From NCBI GenBank assembly GCA_963612485.1, contig CAVDWI010000001.1:1-39079 (forward strand): a stretch of 39,079 nucleotides of DNA. Reading direction: 5' to 3'. The notes under the pieces are model-generated. The model was given only the letters and a program-made list of their open reading frames with translations, was not told where the DNA came from and made no database searches. Both the position numbers and the translations under genes were made by a program. Of the stretch, positions 1 through 7,103 are shown piece after piece. Within the stretch, counting starts at the first letter, position 1, and each line of letters opens with the position of its first letter. Source of the stretch: Barnesiella intestinihominis (lineage in GTDB: Bacteria > Verrucomicrobiota > Kiritimatiellia > RFP12 > UBA1067).

Positions 1-91
1 CCACCATCGCCTTAATCGAGGTCAGCGCGGCCATCTTGTTGTCAATGTTCACGCCTGCCTTTGCGTACGCGGAAACTTTCTTGTCGGACAT
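1..91 (-). CDS. purM: Phosphoribosylformylglycinamidine cyclo-ligase (AIR synthase, PurM). Only the N-terminal ~30 codons are present; the gene runs off the left edge.
   Basis: The reverse complement of 1..91 reads ATG TCC GAC AAG..., giving MSDKKVSAYAKAGVNIDNKMAALTSIKAMV. The pattern S-x-Y-x-x-AGV-[DN]-ID...IK matches the conserved PurM N-terminus (E. coli ...[24 protein letters not shown], recalled from memory). It is absent from the ORF track because it is truncated. Confidence 0.6.
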   Translation of the reverse strand, partial: MSDKKVSAYAKAGVNIDNKMAALTSIKAMV

Positions 92-162
92 TTGAAAACC
101 TTTCTTTCTCTCGCCCCCACCACACCCGCGCCTCGCACGGGACGACATTCGAATCGAATACA

Positions 163-196
163 CGAGGGGCGCGTGTCCATTTCCACGCGCCCCTCG
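163..196 (-). terminator. GC-rich hairpin between the fba stop and the purM start; possible terminator or attenuator.
   Basis: A perfect 13-bp stem, cgaggggcgcgtg (163..175) pairing with cacgcgcccctcg (184..196), encloses an 8-nt loop. On the minus strand it is followed by GTGTATTCGATTCG, which is only moderately U-rich, so the terminator call is weak. Confidence 0.35.
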
Positions 197-206
197 GTCG
201 TTCGCC

Positions 207-1211
207 TTAGAGTTTGTTGTTCGAACCGAGAACCTTCACAATCTTGTGGATGTAGAGTTTCTTCATCTCCTCGCGCGCCGGCGTCAGGTACTGGCGCGGG
301 TCGAAGTGCTCGGGATGTTCCGCGAAGTGCTGGCGAATCGCCGCCGTCATCGCGAGACGCGAGTCGCTGTCGATGTTGATCTTGCACACCGCGCTCTTCG
401 CCGCCTTGCGAAGCTGCTCCTCGGGGATGCCGACCGCATCGGGAAGCTTGCCGCCGTTGGCGTTGATGATATCGACGTATTCCTGCGGGACGCTGGACGA
501 GCCGTGCAGGACAATCGGGAAGCCCGGGAGCTTCTTCTCGACGGCCTTGAGCACGTCGAATGCGAGCGGCGGCGGAATCAGCTTGCCCGTCTTCGGATCG
601 CGGGTGCACTGCTCGGGCTTGAACTTGTAGGCGCCGTGCGACGTGCCAATCGAAATCGCGAGCGAGTCGCAACCCGTCTTCGTCGCAAACTCAATCACTT
701 CCTCGGGTTTCGTGTAGTGCGATTCCTCCGCCGCAACCTCGTCCTCAACGCCCGCGAGAACGCCGAGTTCGGCCTCGACCGTCACGTCGTACTTGTGCGC
801 GTAGGCGACGACCTTCTTCGTGAGCTTGATGTTCTCCTCGAACGGAAGTGACGAACCGTCAATCATGACGGACGAGAAACCGCTGTCGATGCAGCTCTTG
901 CAGGTCTCGAAACTGTCGCCGTGGTCGAGGTGAAGAACGATCTGGGGCTTCTTGCAGCCGAGTTCCTTGGCGTATTCAACCGCACCCTGCGCCATGTAGC
1001 GGAGAATCGTCGGGTTCGCATACTTGCGCGCACCCTTGGAAACCTGCATGATGACCGGCGACTTGGTCTCGACGGCGGCCTGGACAATGGCCTGCATCTG
1101 CTCCATCGTGTTGAAGTTGAACGCCGGAATCGCGTATCCGCCCTTGACGGCCTTGGCGAACATCTTCTTGGTGTTGACAAGTCCGAGATCCTTGTAACTG
1201 GTCTTCTTCAT
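207..1211 (-). CDS. fba: Class II fructose-1,6-bisphosphate aldolase
   Basis: The 334-aa ORF has class II FBA hallmarks: N-terminal GGYAIPAFNFNTMEQ, PVIMQVS, the metal-binding LHLDHG, VEAELG, IGTSHGAYKF and LHGSSSVP. A GGAG ribosome-binding site lies 8 nt upstream of the ATG. Confidence 0.92.
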   Translation of the reverse strand: MKKTSYKDLGLVNTKKMFAKAVKGGYAIPAFNFNTMEQMQAIVQAAVETKSPVIMQVSKGARKYANPTILRYMAQGAVEYAKELGCKKPQIVLHLDHGDSFETCKSCIDSGFSSVMIDGSSLPFEENIKLTKKVVAYAHKYDVTVEAELGVLAGVEDEVAAEESHYTKPEEVIEFATKTGCDSLAISIGTSHGAYKFKPEQCTRDPKTGKLIPPPLAFDVLKAVEKKLPGFPIVLHGSSSVPQEYVDIINANGGKLPDAVGIPEEQLRKAAKSAVCKINIDSDSRLAMTAAIRQHFAEHPEHFDPRQYLTPAREEMKKLYIHKIVKVLGSNNKL

Positions 1212-1322
1212 TACTGTTTACTCCATTATTTATTGGATGTACCTGTTGGACTTCCGGCCCGTCACCCCCGACGCACCTTCGCGAGGCGGATGAACAGGCG
1301 TTTCTATCCGAAAAGTGCGCAT

Positions 1323-1352
1323 ATTCTACCACAATCAGCCGCTTTCGGTCAA
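1323..1352 (-). promoter_or_regulatory. Sigma70-like promoter for fba (TTGACC, 18-nt spacer, TGgTAGAAT)
   Basis: On the minus strand the -35 is TTGACC (1347..1352) and the -10 is TAGAAT (1323..1328), separated by 18 nt. The -10 is preceded by a TGn extended element. The predicted leader is about 105 nt. Confidence 0.4.
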
Positions 1353-1373
1353 GCCCCCCCCCCTTCGGGAACT

Positions 1374-1452
1374 CCTTTACTGACTGGGGGGACAAACATC
1401 AGTGCACTTTGGGTCAAACATCAGTGATGTTTGCTCCGCCTGTCAGTAAAGG
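1374..1452. repeat. Nested palindromic element upstream of the fba promoter
   Basis: The outer arms are an 11-bp perfect inverted repeat: cctttactgac (1374..1384) and gtcagtaaagg (1442..1452). Inside lies a 19-bp perfect palindrome, caaacatca-g-tgatgtttg (1415..1433). An extra direct copy of the half-site, caaacatcagtg, sits at 1393..1404. Confidence 0.6.
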
Positions 1453-1475
1453 GGTGTCGATCCATCTGCCGTTTT

Positions 1476-1607
1476 CAGGTTCAAAGCAAAGAACGCAAAG
1501 GTTTTGACGCAAAGGGGACGCAAAGGCTTTGCGTTCTCCGCGTCAACATCCTTTGCGAACTTTGCGTCAAAAACAACCGACCCCCAAAATCCTGTCAATC
1601 CTGTCTA
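1476..1607 (+). repeat. ~130-bp GCAAAG-motif repeat, copy A; its inverted partner is at 35229..35367
   Basis: The reverse complement of 35229..35367 aligns along the whole segment. The alignment includes a 40-nt identical core, cgcaaaggttttgacgcaaaggggacgcaaaggctttgcg, and the tail tcctgtcaatcctgtc. The segment contains three forward and three reverse ACGCAAAG(G) motifs and the 17-nt perfect palindrome acgcaaaggctttgcgt (1518..1534). Confidence 0.8.
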
Positions 1608-1676
1608 AAAACTACCTCCACACCTCTGTGTTAAAATCCAGCTGAAGTTTTCAGGTTGGACGCAGTATAAGTGCAT

Positions 1677-1728
1677 GAAAAAGGGGACTGTCCTTGCAAA
1701 AAGCTCATAAAAGCAAGGACGAGTCCCC
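1677..1728 (-). terminator. Rho-independent terminator ending the secretin gene and the large minus-strand block
   Basis: The minus-strand transcript reads GGGGACUCGUCCUUGC, a 15-nt loop, GCAAGGACAGUCCCC, then UUUUUC. This is a 15-bp stem with one bulge. It lies 22 nt after the TAA stop at 1750..1752. Confidence 0.8.
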
Positions 1729-1749
1729 GGGGGAGAGATTGCTCTAAAA

Positions 1750-4700
1750 TTATTTGACCTGCGGGGCTTCCTTCACCTCGGCGGTGGATTCGACTCCGCT
1801 CGCGCCCATCGAGACCTCACGGCCGCGAACGTCGACCAGACGCGTAGTGACAAAAATCAGCAGGTTGCGCTTCGTCGTCTGCTCGGCGTGGCTGCGGAAG
1901 AGACGCCCGATGAAGGGAAGGTCGCCGAGGAACGGAACCTTGTCATCCATCGCCTTACGCGCCTCGGTGATGAGCCCGCCCATCACAATCGTCGCGCCCG
2001 GATAAATCGAAACCGACGAATCGACCGATCGCACGTGGAAGAACGGCTGTTCCATCGGCGCATCATAGTAGGTGATGTTGTCCTTGCCAGTCAGATTGCC
2101 CATGGCCGATGTCGCGGAATCCATCAACTGTTCGGTAAACGTCGCCTTCACGGTGTCGGTCAGCGTCGCGCCAATCGTCGTCAGCGCCGCACTCAGACCC
2201 GTGAAGATGTCGCCGATACCCTCGAAACTCTGCATCGAACTGTTGCCGGTGAACGGAATGCGCATACCGTAGTTCTTCCAGGTCGGCTCGTCGACGACCT
2301 GCGTGTTGAGCTTGAGGTCGATTAGGTTGCCGTCGTCCGTCAGCGTCGGGGTGACATCGAGGATAACACCGACTTCGCGCGTGACGAAGCTCTGCGGTTC
2401 AACGACCGCGAGAATCGCGCTCTGTCCGCCGCTGCTGCTGCCCGAACTTGAGGAGGAACTCGACTGCAACTGCACGTCGTAGTCCGTCGGGTAGATGTAT
2501 TCGGTGACGACCTTGATGACGGCCTCTTCGCCCGGACGCGTGAGCACCTTCGGCGCGGAGAGGAGGTCGGTGTCGCTCCGCTGGGAGAGCATATGGAGAA
2601 TCATCGAGAGATCCGCACTGCCGAGGAAGGCGTTCATCCGCATGAACTGGTCGTTCGTGGAACTCTCACTGCCCGAGATGTGGTTGCCGACCGTCGAAAG
2701 ATAGCGATTGCCGTTGCCATAGTCCGAGGAGGACCCGCCGAAGGCGTTGATGCCGATGTTGCTCTTCATCGCGCCCTGACCGCGCGTCCAGTTCGCATTC
2801 TGGCTACGCGAATAGTAGGTCGTCGAACTCTTCCCGGTTGTCTGCGACACCGTCTTCGTCGTAGTTCCGCCCGTGGACCCCGTCTCCACGCTCGATTCGG
2901 AATCAATGGTGGTCGAACTGCTGCTCGTACCCCACGCGCCGTCCTTCACGCCGAGCCACTTGCCGAAACCGCCCATATTGAGGCTGTAGTCGCTGTTGAG
3001 AATCCACTCGAAACCGAGGGAGTTCAGGTCTTCCTGACAGACCTCGACGAAGCGGGCCTCAATCTCAATCAACTTCTGGTCAACGTTGAGTTCGGTGAGG
3101 GCCTTTTCAAGCTCGGCAAGGTTCTCGTAGGTGTTCTTGACGCGGAGTTTGCCAAGGGTCTTGATATAGAGAATCGAGCTGCCCTCCGGCCACTGAACGC
3201 CCATCAGGGAGAAGAACTCCTTCCAGTCACGCTCCTGATTCTCCTCGCCCTCATCGCTTCGGGAGGAACTGCTGCTGCCGAAACTGCTCGACGTCTTCAG
3301 TTCCTTGATGTCGGAAGTCGCGCTGCCGATACGTTCGAGGAACGCCGCGACGACGGGGTAACTGCGCGTCACCATCTCGTCCGTGGACATGTTCTTCGGC
3401 ATGACCATGACAATCGGACCCTGAACCTTGAACTTGTATTCAACCGATTCGCAGACGAGTTTCAGCGCATCGTAGAACGTGATGTTGCTCGCGGTAATCA
3501 TCGGGATCACGGGAACGCCCGACTGACTGGACTGCGCACTGTCATCGACATCGGAACCGAAGCCCGAATCGTCCGTCGTCGCTTCGGCGACCTTCGCGTG
3601 CAGGGTGTTGGGGGTCTTCAGGACGAAGTTGAAGCCGCGCTGGTCAAGGGGAAGGTCGGGGCGGTCGAAGTCCTTCGACGCGCCGCGGAAGTATTCCACC
3701 GCGTCGATAATCGTCGCTGGCGGCTTGAAGGAAATCGTCGGCAGGCTCATCTCGCGCATCCGCTGGATGATGCTCTGTTCGAGCGAACGTTCCGGATCGT
3801 CGCCAAGGCTCTTCTTGACGGTCGTGCCGACAACATCGTCAATCTGCCGCGCATTGGGAGCGTAGACGGGCCGCCAGGCCTTCGTGACATCCGCAATGTA
3901 GCCGTCGCGCGTCGAATCGAACTCCTGCTTCAGGATCGTCTGGCGCTTCTTCTGAATCGCATTGCGCAGGAGAATCGCCTCCTGATTGTAGGGGTCGCTC
4001 ACGAGGACGAGTTCGCACTCGTCGAGCGCACGGTCGATTTCGCGGGTCGAAAGCAACTGCCGCGCACGGCGCAGGTGGGAATGGATTTTCTCGCGGGCGG
4101 CCTTGTAGTCATCCTCATTGCGACGGTGCGTGATTTCCGAGACATCCGTCTTCTGGGCGGAGGGGTCACCTTCCTTCAGCCACGCCTCGAGCTGGCGGCG
4201 CGCCTTCGGATGGCGCATGTCAATCGCCTGTTCAATCAATTCAATCGCCTTCGTGCGCCGACCCGTCTTCTCTTCCTGAAGCGCCGCACGATAAAGGGCC
4301 TCGGCCATTCCCTGTTCACATTCGCGGCGAAGTTTCGCCGAGCCCGGACGGTCGTTCAACAGGCGATAGGCATGACGGTAGTGCTTCTCGGCATCCACGT
4401 ATTCGTCGGACTCCATGCACTGCCGCGCCTCGGCGACCTCGCGACGCGCCTGGGAATCAAACGCCTTGCGGCGCAATTGCTCCATCGCGCTGATATCCGC
4501 CAGCAACTCGGCATCCTTCGACACCGCCGCCGGCTTCTCGACCTTCGCCTCTTCAGCCTTCGCCTCCTCAACAACGGGTGCGGGGACAGGTTCTTCGGCC
4601 TTCACCTCTTCGACCGACTGTTCGGCAACGACAGGCTTCTCGGCTTCCGGCTCTTCGGCAGGTTTCTCTTCGGCGGGTTCCGCAGCCTTCGGCTCTTCGG

Positions 4701-4953
4701 CAACCTCGGCGGGCGCATCGGCCTTCGCCTCCTCTGCCTGTTCGGCCGCGGCGGGTTCGGCCACCGCGACGGGCCCGACCGGCTCGGCGGGCGCTGCCTC
4801 GGCGGGCTTCGGGGCTTCGGTCTGCTCGGTCATCACGTCGCTCTCGAGATCCTTCAAAAGGTCGTCAAGATCATCCTGCGCGAACGCAGAAGAACCAACG
4901 GCCACGAGAGCCACGGTCGCACCGATTGCTGTCAAAGTTTTCAAGTTCGTCAT
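1750..4953 (-). CDS. Secretin-family outer-membrane channel (PilQ/GspD superfamily, occupying the Amuc_1098 position) with atypical extensions
   Basis: The signal peptide is MTNLKTLTAIGATVALVAVGSSAFA|QD. It is followed by a ~130-aa Ala/Glu/Pro/Lys low-complexity spacer and a helical, TPR-like segment. The secretin core motifs are LIEIEARFVEV, LLSAPKVLTRPGEEA and VGVILDVTPTLTDDGNLIDL. The diagnostic C-terminus is KVPFLGDLPFIGRLFRS...RNLLIFVTTRLV. Confidence 0.9.
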   Translation of the reverse strand: MTNLKTLTAIGATVALVAVGSSAFAQDDLDDLLKDLESDVMTEQTEAPKPAEAAPAEPVGPVAVAEPAAAEQAEEAKADAPAEVAEEPKAAEPAEEKPAEEPEAEKPVVAEQSVEEVKAEEPVPAPVVEEAKAEEAKVEKPAAVSKDAELLADISAMEQLRRKAFDSQARREVAEARQCMESDEYVDAEKHYRHAYRLLNDRPGSAKLRRECEQGMAEALYRAALQEEKTGRRTKAIELIEQAIDMRHPKARRQLEAWLKEGDPSAQKTDVSEITHRRNEDDYKAAREKIHSHLRRARQLLSTREIDRALDECELVLVSDPYNQEAILLRNAIQKKRQTILKQEFDSTRDGYIADVTKAWRPVYAPNARQIDDVVGTTVKKSLGDDPERSLEQSIIQRMREMSLPTISFKPPATIIDAVEYFRGASKDFDRPDLPLDQRGFNFVLKTPNTLHAKVAEATTDDSGFGSDVDDSAQSSQSGVPVIPMITASNITFYDALKLVCESVEYKFKVQGPIVMVMPKNMSTDEMVTRSYPVVAAFLERIGSATSDIKELKTSSSFGSSSSSRSDEGEENQERDWKEFFSLMGVQWPEGSSILYIKTLGKLRVKNTYENLAELEKALTELNVDQKLIEIEARFVEVCQEDLNSLGFEWILNSDYSLNMGGFGKWLGVKDGAWGTSSSSTTIDSESSVETGSTGGTTTKTVSQTTGKSSTTYYSRSQNANWTRGQGAMKSNIGINAFGGSSSDYGNGNRYLSTVGNHISGSESSTNDQFMRMNAFLGSADLSMILHMLSQRSDTDLLSAPKVLTRPGEEAVIKVVTEYIYPTDYDVQLQSSSSSSSGSSSGGQSAILAVVEPQSFVTREVGVILDVTPTLTDDGNLIDLKLNTQVVDEPTWKNYGMRIPFTGNSSMQSFEGIGDIFTGLSAALTTIGATLTDTVKATFTEQLMDSATSAMGNLTGKDNITYYDAPMEQPFFHVRSVDSSVSIYPGATIVMGGLITEARKAMDDKVPFLGDLPFIGRLFRSHAEQTTKRNLLIFVTTRLVDVRGREVSMGASGVESTAEVKEAPQVK

Positions 4954-4986
4954 ATCGAAACCTATTCCTTAGATTTTCAGTTGTGT

Positions 4987-5015
4987 ATTATATCCTAATT
5001 CCGCTCACGGTTCAA
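4987..5015 (-). promoter_or_regulatory. Candidate internal sigma70-like promoter in front of the secretin gene (TTGAAC, 17-nt spacer, TATAAT)
   Basis: On the minus strand the -35 is TTGAAC (5010..5015) and the -10 is a perfect TATAAT (4987..4992), separated by 17 nt. The site lies in the AT-rich 51-nt gap and is followed by an AAGGAA ribosome-binding site before the ATG at 4953. Confidence 0.4.
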
Positions 5016-6102
5016 GTGCTTCAAGTGTGCGGGTCTTGCCGCCTTCGGTTTGCTCCAGCGTCACCGCCGCACCTTTCCCCTTGCCACGAATCGCCTTGAC
5101 GACGTATTTCTCGCCATAGAGGGAAATCGTATCGCCCGGCACGACCGTGAACTCCTCGACCCGCGTGTTGCGCGTGAAGACGAGTTTCGCCTGAATGTCC
5201 ACCGGCTTGCGCTGCTCGTCCTTCTGCAGGAGAATCTCCTTCTTGTCCGACTGGCGCATGAGCTGGACGACCGAGACGTCAACCGACTTCTCCATACCGG
5301 CGCCGCCGCCGCTGATTTTCTGCTTCTTGACCTTGTGCTCGTATTTTTTCGCGACGAAGCCCGTGTCGCCGATGACCGCGCCCTCCATCACCGAATAGCG
5401 GTAGCCCGGCGTGCCGTAGTCGTTCTTCCGCTTCGGGTCGTAGAACTCGAGGCGCATGCCGTTCGGCGTCTTCGTCGCCGTGCGGAAGTAGAACGGCAGG
5501 CACGTCTCCTTCAGCGGCAGTTCAATCTTCAGCGAGTCGAGGTAGTCGGGGTGGCTCTTCGCATCCGTCGGATCCGTGCCCGCCTGATACTCCTCAAGGT
5601 TGGTGAAGCCGTCGCCGTCCTTGTCGAGATTCGCATCGCCCGCGTCGTCGGGATTCAGCCCGTAGCGCTTCTCCCATTCGTCCGGCATGCCGTCGCCATC
5701 CGAATCCAGCACGACGACCTTCTCCTCGGGCTGCACCTTCTTGCAGTCCCAGCAGGTCTTCGCGCCAAACGGGATCGGTTCGAGGCAGAACCGACAGGCG
5801 ACGCGCTTTTCCGCCGCGAGAAAACTCGCCTCCGTCCCCTTGATTTCCCTGACCAGCGCCTTGTTGGGCGAGCGGACGAACTCCGCCGCGAGGTTGTATT
5901 CCCGCAGTTCGACGGGGGTCACGCCCTTGCCGTCGCGATTCCGAACGTCCAGGCGCTGGACGGCTTCCGCCGCCGCCGCGTCCGGCTCGACGCCGAATTC
6001 GCCGGCGAAATAGACGATTGCCGCGACGAGCGCGAGAACAGCCCCGCCGACGGCCAGCCACTCGTAGTGGGCGGTGAAGAAATTACCATTCCTTGACTTC
6101 AT
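5005..6102 (-). CDS. Membrane-anchored pilus-system protein (occupying the Amuc_1099 position) with a zinc ribbon and thrombospondin-type-3-like Ca-binding repeats
   Basis: An N-terminal TM helix is present (WLAVGGAVLALVAAIVYFAG). The CxxC...CxxC zinc ribbon is CRFCLEPIPFGAKTCWDC (about 5738..5800). Two DxDxDG repeats, DSDGDGMPDEWEKRYGLNPDD and DKDGDGFTNLEEYQAGTDPTD, map to about 5555..5712. The start overlaps the stop of the upstream gene by 4 nt. Confidence 0.65.
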   Translation of the reverse strand: MKSRNGNFFTAHYEWLAVGGAVLALVAAIVYFAGEFGVEPDAAAAEAVQRLDVRNRDGKGVTPVELREYNLAAEFVRSPNKALVREIKGTEASFLAAEKRVACRFCLEPIPFGAKTCWDCKKVQPEEKVVVLDSDGDGMPDEWEKRYGLNPDDAGDANLDKDGDGFTNLEEYQAGTDPTDAKSHPDYLDSLKIELPLKETCLPFYFRTATKTPNGMRLEFYDPKRKNDYGTPGYRYSVMEGAVIGDTGFVAKKYEHKVKKQKISGGGAGMEKSVDVSVVQLMRQSDKKEILLQKDEQRKPVDIQAKLVFTRNTRVEEFTVVPGDTISLYGEKYVVKAIRGKGKGAAVTLEQTEGGKTRTLEALEP

Positions 6103-7103
6103 TTTCCTTCTCCCTTCCCGTTCTCATCCGGACTTGCGCCCTGCTTCGTGCGGAAGTCGTAGACGGAGAATTTCATCGACACCTTCAGGAGCGAAGCCCG
6201 CGCCGGGTCGGTGACGAGACCTCCCGCAACAAGCCCCTTCCGCTGCGCGGCGTCTTCGTCCGCCGCGTCAGCCCCCCTGTTCCGCCGACGCGAGGAACGG
6301 CGTGCCGGCGCCTCATCCTTCTTCGTCCCCCCGCTCAGCAGGTTCGCGAGCGCGTCCTCTTCGCGGGCGAAACTCATCTCGTCCACCACGATGAAGCGGC
6401 TTGAGGAGACGATTGCGTTGACGGCGTTCACGAGCCCCTGCGGCTTCGCTCGGAAGACGACGGTGAAGGTCGAGACAAGCGGGGCTTTCGCGGCGGCGTC
6501 TTCCTCGGCCTTCGCATTCCGCCGCTTCTTGTTCTTTCGCGCGGCGGCATCCTGCTCTTCCGGGGCGGTGGCCTTCACCTGTCGCACGACGTCCGCGACC
6601 TCGACGACACCCGTCACGGCGAGGGCCTTGATGACGGTCGAGATGTCGTACCACTCACGCTGAAGGGTCGCGAGGTCGGCGTCGGCCGGCATCTTGTCCT
6701 CGGTGATGTACGTACTGAAACCGAAGGCGAAGCCCGGCTTGACGAGCTTGCCGTCGACGCCGCCCGGCAATTCGGCGAGACGGTGCGCATCCTCGACGAG
6801 GAACGACTTGAACGCGGGCGCGGTCGTCTTCTCAAACGAACAGTCACCCTGCGCGGCGAGTTCGTGCGCGGAGGCGCTCCATGTCGCGTATTCCACGCGG
6901 TTCGATTCCAGCGCCTTCACGCCCTTCGGGCCGGGATAGACCGGCTTCGCCATCAGCGTGTTGGCGGAGGCAGTCGCCGCGTTCAGGTCGTCGATCTTCT
7001 CCGACCGATCCGACGCCGCGCTCCAAATCAGGATTCCGAGCGCCAGGGATACCAGCACAATCGCTCCGCCAACGGCGGCCAGGATAATCTTCGGCTTGCT
7101 CAT
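6099..7103 (-). CDS. Amuc_1100-like pilus-associated membrane protein (in the PilO position)
   Basis: The N-terminal TM anchor is IILAAVGGAIVLVSLALGILIW. By eye it is collinear with A. muciniphila Amuc_1100, whose sequence I recalled from memory. Matching pairs are TAPAFKSFLVEDAHRL vs TPTAFQNELKTFRDSL, ATLQREWYDISTVIKALAVTGV vs STLGFELKAINSLVNKLAECGL, FTVVFRAKPQGLVNAVNAI vs LEIAFQGDRESVLKAMNAI, and KVSMKFSVYDF vs QVSLNLVHFN. Synteny also supports the call: the gene sits between the PilM-like gene and the Amuc_1099-like gene. Confidence 0.65.
   Translation of the reverse strand: MSKPKIILAAVGGAIVLVSLALGILIWSAASDRSEKIDDLNAATASANTLMAKPVYPGPKGVKALESNRVEYATWSASAHELAAQGDCSFEKTTAPAFKSFLVEDAHRLAELPGGVDGKLVKPGFAFGFSTYITEDKMPADADLATLQREWYDISTVIKALAVTGVVEVADVVRQVKATAPEEQDAAARKNKKRRNAKAEEDAAAKAPLVSTFTVVFRAKPQGLVNAVNAIVSSSRFIVVDEMSFAREEDALANLLSGGTKKDEAPARRSSRRRNRGADAADEDAAQRKGLVAGGLVTDPARASLLKVSMKFSVYDFRTKQGASPDENGKGEGK

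Noticed and set aside
49-672. A 207-aa minus-strand ORF spans the purM start, the intergenic hairpin and the 3' part of fba.
   Set aside because: It is out of frame with two well-supported genes and crosses an intergenic hairpin. Its product is Arg-rich and low in complexity, so it is spurious.
1354-1363. The C10 (G10 on the coding strand) homopolymer next to the fba promoter might be a phase-variation tract.
   Set aside because: It lies immediately upstream of the -35 hexamer, not in the -35/-10 spacer or in coding sequence. Length changes would not alter promoter geometry, and phase variation of an essential glycolytic gene is implausible.
1476-1607. The GCAAAG-motif repeats might be a small CRISPR array.
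   Set aside because: The units are only 8-10 nt, occur in both orientations, are irregularly spaced and lack unique spacers of uniform length. No cas genes are present.
2593-4998. Long plus-strand ORFs lie opposite the real minus-strand genes. They are 2593..4998 (801 aa), 8875..11502 (875 aa), 13359..17675 (1,438 aa), 17763..20897 (1,044 aa), 21327..23258, 25136..28189 (1,017 aa), 28634..30586, 31622..32599 and 37289..38842.
   Set aside because: Their translations are extremely Arg/Ala/Gly/Val/His/Asp/Leu-rich and contain no recognisable motifs. They lie entirely antisense to ORFs with strong family signatures. Stop-poor antisense frames are expected in high-GC DNA, so I treat them as shadow ORFs.
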